Part shown: one piece after another, positions 9,535 to 17,861 of the stretch | How the letters are laid out: each line of letters opens with the position of its first letter | How positions within the stretch are numbered: the first letter of the stretch is position 1 | Made by a program: the position numbers and the translations under genes | IMG/VR virus record: IMGVR_UViG_3300045988_014506 | Source: a virus | Length of the DNA: 50,496 nucleotides | Direction: 5' to 3' (one strand) | The notes under the pieces: model-generated | The model's database searches: none | Told to the model about the DNA's origin: nothing | What the model saw: the letters and a program-made list of their open reading frames with translations, nothing else

Positions 9535-9942
9535 TTATTTCTTTTTGCTGATTCTTAAGGTTACAACTTCTGCTCCTGGTGTTCTACAAGATTGAAGTTT
9601 ACTAATATCGAACTTACCTGCATATACAAGTTTTTCCAAAGCATCATCATCAATATACTCTTTTGTCTTAATAACTGTAGATAAATCTTCTTTGCTTAAG
9701 TTATCTTTAAGAATATCAATGGCTTTTAGTTCATTAAAATCTTCTTTCTGAGTTACTGTAACTTTAGCTGTCCACTTATCAGATGAGAAATTATCTAACT
9801 TATTGCTGGTCATTATACGTTTAATCTCATCTCCTAAAGCTGAGATTTTTTTCTTGATTTTTGATTCTTCATCTTTACCAGATTTATAATCATCAATCAT
9901 ACCACCAAGGTCAACTGTTGCTTTTCCATCTCTTCTGCTCAT
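9535..9942 (-). CDS. hypothetical protein (135 aa)
   Basis: Start moved to the ATG at 9942 (MSRRDGK), preceded by AAAGGAGG. Confidence 0.55.
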   Translation of the reverse strand: MSRRDGKATVDLGGMIDDYKSGKDEESKIKKKISALGDEIKRIMTSNKLDNFSSDKWTAKVTVTQKEDFNELKAIDILKDNLSKEDLSTVIKTKEYIDDDALEKLVYAGKFDISKLQSCRTPGAEVVTLRISKKK

Positions 9943-10256
9943 TACTTTGCCTCCTTTCTTTCTAATACTTTTGTACCATACTGCCCCCATTGGTAATAAG
10001 CATTAAACTCTGCCATAATTCCTCTATACTTGCTTTGTAAGTCTTCTTTGAACTGTTCAAGGCTAGCAATATCGGACTGCTTAAATAGCATTGTCTTCCT
10101 ACTATCTCGGACATATGATGGTAACTTTAATTCAATAGGTTTCTCATAATCCGGATTCTCATACCATCTATACCACCTTTTTATGGTATTGGTTGATATA
10201 TCCAATATCTGAGCAACTCTTGAAATACTAAATAATTTTTCTTCTCTATTTCCCAC
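9942..10256 (-). CDS. putative MerR/excisionase-type HTH DNA-binding protein
   Basis: 104 aa. FSISRVAQILDISTNTIKRWYRW. GTG start with GGAGGTGA 4 nt upstream. First gene after a promoter variant. Confidence 0.55.
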   Translation of the reverse strand: MGNREEKLFSISRVAQILDISTNTIKRWYRWYENPDYEKPIELKLPSYVRDSRKTMLFKQSDIASLEQFKEDLQSKYRGIMAEFNAYYQWGQYGTKVLERKEAK

Positions 10257-10322
10257 TTACTCACCTCCTTCTTATTACTCTAATTATTGTAACACATAAG
10301 AAATAAATTGTAAAGTATAGAT
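10257..10322 (-). promoter_or_regulatory. Promoter cassette variant, copy 2
   Basis: Minus strand: TTTACA (10309-10314), 17 nt, TACAAT (10286-10291) with TGT extension. It shares the tatgtgTTACAAT core with the early cassette, but the -35 and spacer differ. Confidence 0.6.
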
Positions 10323-12047
10323 TTAAGAAAGTAATTGGTAAATCATATCCATACCTAGTTTACCTCCTTTACCATCAACTAAAGCGTCTGAAACTAATCC
10401 TTTCTTATATACTATATCTTCTATTCTTTCATCAATGGTATTCTTTGTTACTAAAGTTATGATATTTACAGTTCCCTGAGTTCCAATTCTGTGTGCCCTA
10501 TCTTCTGCTTGGTCTTTTAATGCTCTATTCCAAGGACTATCTAAGAATATAACTGTCTGGGCAGCTGTAAGGGTTAAGCCTGTTCCCATTGCTCCTATTG
10601 TTCCAATAATAACTTTACATCTATCATCATTTTGAAACCTTGAAACTTCTTCCATTCTTTCATTAGGTGAAGTGTCTCCAGTTATATAAGCAGGATTATA
10701 TTTAGATAATCTTTCTTTTGCTATGCTAGTAATATTACTCCAGTTGCTAAATATAATACATTTCTTTCCTGCTTGTGCTAATTCTTCAACTAACTCTTCC
10801 ATTCTATCAAGTTTAGCAGACTCTTTAACTTTATCACTAAGTATACCTGTATACCCAGTAGCTTGTCTTAGTCTTATAAGCATAGATAATGGATTATTAC
10901 TAAACTTAATCTTATTTATATCACTCATAACACCATTATATACCTCATTGTAGATTACTTTCTGTTTAGTTCCCATTTCTACATATTCTACTTGGTGCAT
11001 TTTTTCTGGTAAATCTAAAACTTCCATTTTTAGTCGTCTAAGCATTACTAAATCCATAAGTTCCCTTATCTCATCTAAGTTTTTAAATCCAACAACTTCG
11101 GAACCACCCCAACCACCAAGTGTACAGTAGTGTTGCTTAAATTGATAAAAACTATGCTGCTCATATCCTAACCAATGTAGTGGGAAGTATAAGTCAAGTG
11201 GATTATTCATTAGAGGCGTACCACTCATAGCCACCATATATTCTGCACTGATTAAACTCATTGCTCGACCTTGTAAAGATGTTGGATTCTTAGCTTTGTG
11301 GCATTCATCAAAAGCAATCATACTTATCTCACCACTCTTACATAATTCAGCAATCTTCTCTGCTATTGGGAATGAATACTTTGTCTTACTAACTTTCTTT
11401 GCACCAGCCCTTAAAGTTTCTATATTAGTTATTATAAATTTACAGTCAGGAAGGTTATTTAAGTCTGCGAGTTTATCATTGCTGCTTCCCTCATAAGATT
11501 TACCATTCTTTCTAAATCTTGTACCTAATACCCATCCTTTCTCATTACTGTGTATTTCTATTTCTGACTGCCAGTTATATTTAAGTGAGTTAACACCACA
11601 AACTATTAGTACTTTATTTATGCTATGAATATGACTTAAGCATCCTGCTAAATCTATAATCTGCTTGGTCTTTCCAAGACCTTGGTCATCACAAAGTAAA
11701 AACTTGTTATTAGCTAATCCAAACTTTACACCATCTAACTGGTGAGCAAAAGGTTTGGTCTTAAACTTATAAGTTTCAGGAATCTGTATATCATCAAGTT
11801 TTTTAGTTTCCATATCTTGATATATTCCAGTTATCTCAATTTCTTCATTCTCAAACTTATTACATAAACCAATTATATTAGAAACAGGCATTTCCCAAGT
11901 ATGATTTTCTGGGTTATAAACTCTAGTTCCCATATTCTTGATATACTGAACTATTGTACCATTATAGTCAAAACTAACAAAAGCTGAATATTTGACTAAT
12001 ATATTTCCTGATAATTTTTCTGGTTTATCAATTCTTATCTTAATCAT
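10323..12047 (-). CDS. SNF2-family (DEAD-like) helicase/translocase
   Basis: 574 aa. Motif I DDQGLGKT, motif II FDECHKAKN, motif VI QAEDRAHRIGT. Confidence 0.85.
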   Translation of the reverse strand: MIKIRIDKPEKLSGNILVKYSAFVSFDYNGTIVQYIKNMGTRVYNPENHTWEMPVSNIIGLCNKFENEEIEITGIYQDMETKKLDDIQIPETYKFKTKPFAHQLDGVKFGLANNKFLLCDDQGLGKTKQIIDLAGCLSHIHSINKVLIVCGVNSLKYNWQSEIEIHSNEKGWVLGTRFRKNGKSYEGSSNDKLADLNNLPDCKFIITNIETLRAGAKKVSKTKYSFPIAEKIAELCKSGEISMIAFDECHKAKNPTSLQGRAMSLISAEYMVAMSGTPLMNNPLDLYFPLHWLGYEQHSFYQFKQHYCTLGGWGGSEVVGFKNLDEIRELMDLVMLRRLKMEVLDLPEKMHQVEYVEMGTKQKVIYNEVYNGVMSDINKIKFSNNPLSMLIRLRQATGYTGILSDKVKESAKLDRMEELVEELAQAGKKCIIFSNWSNITSIAKERLSKYNPAYITGDTSPNERMEEVSRFQNDDRCKVIIGTIGAMGTGLTLTAAQTVIFLDSPWNRALKDQAEDRAHRIGTQGTVNIITLVTKNTIDERIEDIVYKKGLVSDALVDGKGGKLGMDMIYQLLS

Positions 12048-12318
12048 TCTTATTACCTTCCTTTATTCTCTCAACTTGTTCTGCAGTAAAAAATGCTGAT
12101 AATTTTGGAAAACATCTACTAACTTTCTTTTCTTCTCCTGTTTCTTTATCTTCCACAACTTTTATAGAATACTTCCATATTGTTATCTTATGTTCTGACT
12201 TTTCACCTTTCTTAACTTTATATCCAAGTTTTTTCCAAGCTTCATAAGTATGTAATTGAGTATCTAGTGGAATACCTTTTTCTAATTTATATCTAGCAAT
12301 AATATCATTGTTACTCAT
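12040..12318 (-). CDS. ArdC N-terminal-like (DUF1738-like) ssDNA-binding domain protein (putative)
   Basis: 92 aa from the ATG after the SD GGAGGTG. HTYEAWKKLGYKVKKGEKSEHKITIW resembles the ArdC-N signature (T..QW..LG..V.KGEK). First gene after a promoter cassette. Confidence 0.4.
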   Translation of the reverse strand: MSNNDIIARYKLEKGIPLDTQLHTYEAWKKLGYKVKKGEKSEHKITIWKYSIKVVEDKETGEEKKVSRCFPKLSAFFTAEQVERIKEGNKND

Positions 12319-12391
12319 AATATGCACCTCCATATTTATTTATTACTACTTTATTGTAACACATAAATTCTTAATTGTAAATAGTTTTCTC
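12319..12391 (-). promoter_or_regulatory. Promoter cassette variant, copy 3
   Basis: Minus strand: TTTACA (12376-12381), 17 nt, TACAAT (12353-12358) with TGT extension. The leader ATGGAGGTGCATATTATG is identical to the copy at 43649. Confidence 0.6.
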
Positions 12392-12424
12392 AAAAAAATA
12401 AAGGAAGAACATTGTCTCCCTTTA
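12392..12424 (-). terminator. Rho-independent terminator
   Basis: Minus strand: TAAAGGGAGA-CAATGT-TCTTCCTTTA (10-bp stem, one mismatch) followed by TTTTTTT. Lies directly after the stop at 12433. Confidence 0.6.
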
Positions 12425-12432
12425 TCTAAGCC

Positions 12433-12780
12433 TTATATAATTGTAGTAGTTGCTATACTAGCTATATCATTGGTAAATTTCTTAAATAGCATTTTTTCTT
12501 TACTATCACTACAAGTATGGTATAGTTCACTTATCATATTATATATAGTAGAAAGCATCTTTTCCAAGTTCTCAGATGTTCTATTACTCATATAGTTTAC
12601 AAATAGTGCTTGGATATCTTCTATTTGTTCATCAATATTACTTTCTGGAACCAAATCTTTTGCTTTGGTCATATGCTCCCTTACTATATATAAACTAGCC
12701 AGTTTGTCACATACACTAAATGTAGTATCTCCGGATTCTAACTCTTCTATGGTGTTGTCTATTTCTTCTAGATTTAGCAT
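12433..12780 (-). CDS. hypothetical protein (115 aa)
   Basis: ORF track. Overlaps the upstream stop. Confidence 0.55.
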   Translation of the reverse strand: MLNLEEIDNTIEELESGDTTFSVCDKLASLYIVREHMTKAKDLVPESNIDEQIEDIQALFVNYMSNRTSENLEKMLSTIYNMISELYHTCSDSKEKMLFKKFTNDIASIATTTII

Positions 12781-13343
12781 ATACTTACACCGATTTCTTC
12801 AGACTTCTTCTTATACTTATTGTGCATCTCATCTTGGCATAAGTAAACTGAATCTATGTTGTAGTCAATAGACTTGAGTTTTAAACCCTCTCTTTCTGCA
12901 TACTTAAGTTCTTTATCTACATCACATATGAGTTCCTTTACTTTGCAAGCAGCTGCAATCTCTCCAAGCTCACAAAGTTCTTTATACATTTCTTCATAAA
13001 GCTTCTTAGTTTTCTTTTCCCAGTCAATCCAAAGTGTTATTCCAGTTTTAAGGGCATTCTGCTTAGTATTAGTATCAACATCCCAACGACCATAGTTATA
13101 CCAACTGTCTGGAATTACTTTAGGTTCTTCAACTGGAGATTTCTTTATTAACTTATTGAAATGATTAGTATAGTATCTTTCTACTGTTCTCATTGTGCAA
13201 GCTTCTTCTAAGAAATGATATTCGTGGCACCTCTTATATCCGTGAAGGTCCAAGAAATCGTAGAAGTTAGCTAGCTGGTCGTGAGTCATAAGACCTTCTA
13301 TCTCGTGTGCTAATATTTTTGAGAATACTTCATCAACGGTCAT
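12774..13343 (-). CDS. hypothetical helical protein (189 aa)
   Basis: ORF track. SD GGAGG. The N-terminal half (HEIEGLMTHDQLANFY...HEYHFLEEA) is loosely ferritin-like. This is not a confident call. Confidence 0.55.
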   Translation of the reverse strand: MTVDEVFSKILAHEIEGLMTHDQLANFYDFLDLHGYKRCHEYHFLEEACTMRTVERYYTNHFNKLIKKSPVEEPKVIPDSWYNYGRWDVDTNTKQNALKTGITLWIDWEKKTKKLYEEMYKELCELGEIAAACKVKELICDVDKELKYAEREGLKLKSIDYNIDSVYLCQDEMHNKYKKKSEEIGVSIC

Positions 13344-13563
13344 TCTCCACTACCTCCAATCTTTTTAATAATCTGTCTAATTTTATATCTTGTTCTTCTA
13401 AATGAGAATGTATCTCTTTTAAGATTATAGAGGTCTGCTTATCAGTCTCAGACATAAGTTCTTGCTTATCTCCTTGTGTCAGATTATCTTGTAGATTCAT
13501 TAATCCTATAAAGAAACTCATAATATTTAGAATATCAAGTATAGTTAACTCTCCGTCTTTCAT
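13333..13563 (-). CDS. hypothetical protein (76 aa)
   Basis: ORF track. Weak SD. Confidence 0.45.
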   Translation of the reverse strand: MKDGELTILDILNIMSFFIGLMNLQDNLTQGDKQELMSETDKQTSIILKEIHSHLEEQDIKLDRLLKRLEVVENDR

Positions 13564-13564
13564 A

Positions 13565-13972
13565 CTAGCATATCTTAGTTACAACTACATTTACTTGGTT
13601 AAATGTAGCTCCTACGCCAACATTATCAATAGTTAAAACTGTAGGACTATCGCAGCATCTACAAGAATTATTTTCTGATACTTGTACTAATGTTGTAAAA
13701 CCAACAGGTACTACTGTGGTAGTTGTACCAGTAGCAGTAGATATTGCTTGTGGCTGAAGAGTTCCATTCTTTCTTAACTGTATAGACACATTACCAGCAG
13801 CAGTTGCAGTTGCTGAACCATCAACTTCTAACATATATACACCACACTTATTTAACTGTATTGTAGTTGAATCAGATTTGACTGCTGTACAACCTTTCTG
13901 TATACTAGTTGAGTTAAATGGTATTGCCGTATTAGTTAACACTGTTACATTCTGACTATATGCTTCTAACAT
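13565..13972 (-). CDS. BclA C-terminal-domain-like (C1q/TNF-like jelly-roll) protein (putative)
   Basis: 135 aa. The pattern NTAIPFN...IQLNKCGVYMLEV...VSIQLRKNGT resembles exosporium BclA C-terminal domains. SD AAAGGAG. Confidence 0.4.
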   Translation of the reverse strand: MLEAYSQNVTVLTNTAIPFNSTSIQKGCTAVKSDSTTIQLNKCGVYMLEVDGSATATAAGNVSIQLRKNGTLQPQAISTATGTTTTVVPVGFTTLVQVSENNSCRCCDSPTVLTIDNVGVGATFNQVNVVVTKIC

Positions 13973-13997
13973 ATTACTTATTCTCCTTTCTCATATT

Positions 13998-14027
13998 AAA
14001 AAATAGGGAGTAGCATTGCCACTCCCT
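13998..14027 (-). terminator. Rho-independent terminator
   Basis: Stem AGGGAGT (14005-14011) / ACTCCCT (14021-14027) with a 9-nt loop. Followed on the minus strand by ATTTTTT. Confidence 0.6.
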
Positions 14028-14053
14028 TTAACTGGCATACTACAATGCTCTAA

Positions 14054-14647
14054 TTATACTGTTGTTCCGCAGCAGCCACATCCTGTATTAAAGTAAGGAC
14101 TAAAACCAGCTGAATATGTTGTAGCGTTTGGATATCTAACTACACCACATAATGCTTGGTTTAATTCTAACTGCTGGATTCTAGCTGCCTGCTGAGCTGC
14201 TTTATCAGCACACATCTGGTCAAGAATCTTCTGGATTCCTGCGGTTGTGTTTGCATTAATAGAAGCAGTTGCCTGAGCCATATTGAAGTTTACACCATCA
14301 ATAGCTCTCTGAGTTGTGCAGCAGCAATCTGATAACTGACTTTCTAAAGTATTGAAGTTTCTTAATGTCTCATAACCTAAGTTACAAATTGCGTTTCCAA
14401 GGTTAGTATTTACACCATTTACCTGGTCATTAAGTCTTCCTACAGAACTTTTTAACTCATTGAATGAGTTAGCATTACACAAAGCTGCCTCAGTTACTAC
14501 ACCATCAGTAGTGTTTCTGCCCCAAGCTCCGTTTCCACCCCAGAATAGAATCAAAAGAGCAAAAATCCACATAAAGCCATTATCTCCCCAATCACCATTA
14601 TCACGGTTAAGAAGAGCTACATCACTTGCACTTAATCCTGTATCCAT
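14054..14647 (-). CDS. Cys-rich single-pass membrane protein (197 aa), unknown function
   Basis: TM helix FMWIFALLILFWGG, a coiled-coil-like N/Q-rich ectodomain, and cysteine clusters DCCCT and GCGCCG at the C-terminus. SD AAAGGAG. Confidence 0.6.
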   Translation of the reverse strand: MDTGLSASDVALLNRDNGDWGDNGFMWIFALLILFWGGNGAWGRNTTDGVVTEAALCNANSFNELKSSVGRLNDQVNGVNTNLGNAICNLGYETLRNFNTLESQLSDCCCTTQRAIDGVNFNMAQATASINANTTAGIQKILDQMCADKAAQQAARIQQLELNQALCGVVRYPNATTYSAGFSPYFNTGCGCCGTTV

Positions 14648-14715
14648 AGCGTTATCTCCTTTCTAATAATCTTGTATAGTAAAGTATTAACTCGTACGCC
14701 ATCAATACTTACTTT

Positions 14716-14994
14716 TTATTTAAGCATAGATATAATCTGTTCTGGATTTATACCTTGTTGCTTTGCCACTTGATTAAATAAATCTTTAGGTGTCATACCT
14801 TTAGAATTTACCATATTCATTATTTGGTTTAATTGAGGATTCTGTCCTCCCATCATCTGTAATATCTGCATAGGGTTACCTTTACCTTTTAACATACTTG
14901 CCATCCTTTTAACTGACTGTATTGCTTCTGGGTTAAACCCGCTACTCTGTAAGTTTTGGTTTAGATTTTGATTGCTGAATAGACTGCTTGCCAT
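14716..14994 (-). CDS. hypothetical N/Q/M-rich repeat protein (92 aa)
   Basis: Repeated NP-x-Q-I/M units (NPEAIQSV, NPMQILQMM, NPQLNQIMNM, NPEQIISML). AAAGGAG upstream. Overlaps the preceding gene by 53 nt. Confidence 0.5.
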   Translation of the reverse strand: MASSLFSNQNLNQNLQSSGFNPEAIQSVKRMASMLKGKGNPMQILQMMGGQNPQLNQIMNMVNSKGMTPKDLFNQVAKQQGINPEQIISMLK

Positions 14995-15364
14995 ACTGCT
15001 TCATCTCCTTTTTAAATTCTTCAAATTCTTCTCTACTAATATAATCAACTACTGGTGCTACTTCTTGTTTCTGTTCTATAGGACTAAAAGAAAAAGTTCT
15101 TATAGTAGGAAAACCTGCACCATCTGTGGATTTAACATACATAATGTCTTCACTGCTATCAAATAGCGCAACTGTGCTATTAGGTTGCATCTGGTATGCT
15201 TTTGCACCATCAATCCCAGTTACCCTTATTAAGTTATTTACAGGTTCATTCTGAACAGGTGTTATACCAGCAAAATTATTAGTAGGAAAATTTGGATTAC
15301 TCCCCATAAAGTTGTTTACTGGATATTGTGGATTCATCATCATTGGATTTCCGTTCATCATCAT
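14942..15364 (-). CDS. hypothetical protein with N/P/M-rich N-terminus (140 aa)
   Basis: The track starts at a TTG at 15370. I prefer the ATG at 15364, which follows AAAGGAA. The exact start is uncertain. Confidence 0.55.
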   Translation of the reverse strand: MMMNGNPMMMNPQYPVNNFMGSNPNFPTNNFAGITPVQNEPVNNLIRVTGIDGAKAYQMQPNSTVALFDSSEDIMYVKSTDGAGFPTIRTFSFSPIEQKQEVAPVVDYISREEFEEFKKEMKQYGKQSIQQSKSKPKLTE

Positions 15365-15432
15365 TACCAAATTCCTTTCTTATATATTCATTAAATTCCA
15401 ATAATCCTCTAGTTAACACTAAAGGGTCTAAC

Positions 15433-15564
15433 TTATATAATTCTTCTCTTGTTAGTATCATCATTTATCTCCGCTATTGCTACAAGTATCTTTATAATAT
15501 GAAGAACTGGTATGTCTTGTATTCCTTCTTTCTGCATTAGCAGTCTTAAGAATTCTCTATCCAT
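15433..15564 (-). CDS. small hypothetical protein (43 aa)
   Basis: Hand-translated: MDREFLRLLMQKEGIQDIPVLHIIKILVAIAEINDDTNKRRII. AAAGGAG lies 7 nt upstream. First ORF after the terminator at 15611-15651. Confidence 0.35.
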   Translation of the reverse strand: MDREFLRLLMQKEGIQDIPVLHIIKILVAIAEINDDTNKRRII

Positions 15565-15610
15565 ACCAGTTCTCCTTTCTCACTTGTGTTTTGTTTATAA
15601 TTAAATTCTA

Positions 15611-15651
15611 AACAAAAAAGACGCACTTAACAATGTAGTTAAAATGCGTCT
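15611..15651 (-). terminator. Rho-independent terminator
   Basis: Stem AAGACGCA (15617-15624) / TGCGTCTT (15644-15651). Followed on the minus strand by TTTTTGTTT. Confidence 0.65.
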
Positions 15652-15676
15652 TAAATGTAATTAAAATGTAATGGGA

Positions 15677-15868
15677 TTATAATACCTTTATAATTTTCTT
15701 ATTGACTTTCTGACTAAGTTTCCGTGCATAATCAATAGATATATTTAAGTCATCAGCTATTGTTTCCAATGTATCACCTTGGCTTCGTCTTTCAAATAAA
15801 TCTATTTCCAGATTTACGTTGTAGTTGTGGTTGACGTTTCTGCTGGTAAATTCCAAGCATATAGCCAA
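15677..15868 (-). CDS. small sigma-70 region-4-like / LuxR-type HTH protein
   Basis: 63 aa. RRSQGDTLETIADDLNISIDYARKLSQKVNKKI resembles sigma region 4. Only TTG starts are available and there is no SD. Overlaps a candidate TM ORF in another frame. Confidence 0.4.
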   Translation of the reverse strand: MAICLEFTSRNVNHNYNVNLEIDLFERRSQGDTLETIADDLNISIDYARKLSQKVNKKIIKVL

Positions 15869-15960
15869 GCAATATTACTAGCAAAGAACATAATCAAAAC
15901 TATGATAAATGCTATAAACCACTTCTTCATATTAGATTTTAACTGATGAAGTAATTCCAT
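15814..15960 (-). CDS. candidate small membrane protein (48 aa)
   Basis: Hand-translated: MELLHQLKSNMKKWFIAFIIVLIMFFASNIAWLYAWNLPAETSTTTTT. One TM helix. Lies in the lysis cassette. Weak SD. Confidence 0.3.
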   Translation of the reverse strand: MELLHQLKSNMKKWFIAFIIVLIMFFASNIAWLYAWNLPAETSTTTTT

Positions 15961-15970
15961 TGCTAAGGTG

Positions 15971-16234
15971 TTATCTTCCATCTTTTGCGTCCTCCTCTAA
16001 ATCCTTTATCCTATGGTTTGCTGCTTTTACTCTATCATCTAATAGATTTATAGCTCCCTCTATTTCATATACTCTTTCTATTAAGTTATTATGCTTGTCT
16101 TGTTTTTCTTCAAGCTTACTAACTCGGTATTCAATAAGTTCAGTTATATCTCTATTATGCTTTCTATTCTGCAACCATACACCACAAAGTGTACCACCAC
16201 AAGTAATCAAAGCTACAATAATCTCGCTAGTCAC
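15971..16234 (-). CDS. membrane-anchored coiled-coil protein, possible lysis accessory
   Basis: 87 aa. N-terminal TM (IIVALITCGGTLCGVWL) then a coiled coil. GTG start overlaps the endolysin TAG (TAGTG) and follows AAGGAG. Confidence 0.55.
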   Translation of the reverse strand: MTSEIIVALITCGGTLCGVWLQNRKHNRDITELIEYRVSKLEEKQDKHNNLIERVYEIEGAINLLDDRVKAANHRIKDLEEDAKDGR

Positions 16235-16743
16235 TAGTTAATCTCCTTCTTAAATTTTTCCCACATAGCATTATTCTTTCCGGTCATAGGAGCTGGGCAG
16301 TTCTTGCCATTTACATCCCAATGTCTAATTATAGTTTTAGCATTAGGACAGTATCTACGGATATACTTAATAAGTTTCTTAACAGATTTTGCTTGTTTAG
16401 ATGTGTAAGATGTTAAGCAATCACATAACTCAATGCTAACAGAGTTTGCATTAGTACACTTACCATAATATGTAGCTTCTCCAGATTTACCACATCTTTG
16501 GTCACCACCAACTGCCCAAGCTGTTCTATTCATAGGAATACTTCTCCAAACTGCACCTTTTGGTCCAACAAAGAAATGAGCACCAGCTTCTCGAGTATTA
16601 TTAGTAGCAAAATATATAGCATTATTCTTAGCCGTATCTCCTTTGTTGCCAGTATAATGTATCACTATATACTTTACATCTTTTCTTTTTCTCTTAATAC
16701 TAGAATAAGATATACTTTTTGCTAATTTCTTATAAATCTTCAT
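16234..16743 (-). CDS. Endolysin, N-acetylmuramoyl-L-alanine amidase (Amidase_2/PGRP fold)
   Basis: 169 aa. IVIHYTGN...AGAHFFVG...TAWAVGG...SVSIELC pattern. No obvious wall-binding domain. Confidence 0.85.
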   Translation of the reverse strand: MKIYKKLAKSISYSSIKRKRKDVKYIVIHYTGNKGDTAKNNAIYFATNNTREAGAHFFVGPKGAVWRSIPMNRTAWAVGGDQRCGKSGEATYYGKCTNANSVSIELCDCLTSYTSKQAKSVKKLIKYIRRYCPNAKTIIRHWDVNGKNCPAPMTGKNNAMWEKFKKEIN

Positions 16744-16746
16744 AAC

Positions 16747-16944
16747 TTACTCCTCCTCAGTAAATGCTTTAATAATAAGGTTCCAGATGGCAGTAAGTCC
16801 TGCAGAACCAAAAGCAATAATTGCTGTCTTAGCATCAACATCACCCAAAGCTTGTACTGATACTATTCCTGCTACCACAAAAGTTTTTCCTGTTCTAATA
16901 AGAACATCAATAATTTGTTTCTTTGTTACTTTAGATAACTTCAT
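16747..16944 (-). CDS. Holin (putative)
   Basis: 65 aa. Two hydrophobic helices and an acidic C-terminus (TEEE). Lies immediately upstream of the endolysin. Confidence 0.6.
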   Translation of the reverse strand: MKLSKVTKKQIIDVLIRTGKTFVVAGIVSVQALGDVDAKTAIIAFGSAGLTAIWNLIIKAFTEEE

Positions 16945-16971
16945 AGTATTTTACCTCCTATCTTTTTAAAT

Positions 16972-17000
16972 ATTATAACAAAACTTAGCTAAATTGTATA
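16972..17000 (-). promoter_or_regulatory. Sigma-A-type promoter for the lysis cassette (putative)
   Basis: Minus strand: TATACA (16995-17000), 17 nt, TGTTATAAT (extended -10, 16972-16980). Confidence 0.45.
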
Positions 17001-17003
17001 GCT

Positions 17004-17849
17004 TTAATCTAAAGTATAAGTTCCTATAAGTTCTTCTAAGTCAAGTTGCATTGGATGAGCAAAAGTAGTACATACTGTTATCTTACCTTCAGAAGTAATA
17101 GTGATATGGTCTTTAATCTCAGTAGTTATATAACTTCTTGACTTAATCCAACTTCTATAAGTTTTAGGAGCATATTTTTTATCAAAAGTTATAGTTGTTG
17201 GATTACTATTATCTGTAGACGCAAGAATATATCTAGTACCTCCTATAGTACATTTATTACCTTCTAATCTCATATAGAAAGGTTCTTGGGTATATTCTGG
17301 AGGTCCTGATACATAATTCACACCGGAAGTATCTAGCAAGTCTTCACGCCTTCCAGTATCTAAATACCAGGTATTAGCAACTAATTCTACGGATTCAACA
17401 CTTAACCCATTTATGTTGATTCTATACAGTACTAAGTCATCTTCCAGATTATCTTCGTTAAGCAAATCTTTGTCTAAGTATTCTGGGTCCACATAATCCT
17501 CGCCAGCAGTTCCTTCAATTATTCTTAATTCTGCACTTTCTATTCCTGTAGTTGAATCTTTAGAATAATGGATAACTACTAAATCACTTCTTTTAGCTCC
17601 ACTTATTCCTGTGCTTATTTCTAATTCTTCATAGTCGTGGTTTACCATTCCCATCAATCTTCCTTGGTTGATGGCATAACCATTGTTGATTTTAATAAGT
17701 GTATTACTTTCCAGTTCGTAATCAAAAGAATTACCAACACTAATAATATACTTACCTGTTGTCTCAAGTGCAGCAGCATTTAGTGTTGCATCTTGCTGAG
17801 AAGTTATATGAGGTTTTCCCACATAACCTGTAACTAATTCTAATGCCAT
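17004..17849 (-). CDS. tail fiber / receptor-binding protein candidate
   Basis: 281 aa. Last gene of the tail module, after the Tal-like gene. No motif recognised. Confidence 0.4.
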   Translation of the reverse strand: MALELVTGYVGKPHITSQQDATLNAAALETTGKYIISVGNSFDYELESNTLIKINNGYAINQGRLMGMVNHDYEELEISTGISGAKRSDLVVIHYSKDSTTGIESAELRIIEGTAGEDYVDPEYLDKDLLNEDNLEDDLVLYRININGLSVESVELVANTWYLDTGRREDLLDTSGVNYVSGPPEYTQEPFYMRLEGNKCTIGGTRYILASTDNSNPTTITFDKKYAPKTYRSWIKSRSYITTEIKDHITITSEGKITVCTTFAHPMQLDLEELIGTYTLD

Positions 17850-17861
17850 AATATACCTCCT

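Noticed and set aside
15297-15464. A 55-aa minus-strand ORF (MMILTREELYKLDPLVLTRGLLEFNEYIRKEF...)
   Set aside because: It is plausible, with GGAG 4 nt upstream. But it overlaps the start region of the 14942-15364 gene by about 68 nt, and I cannot decide between the alternative start assignments from sequence alone.
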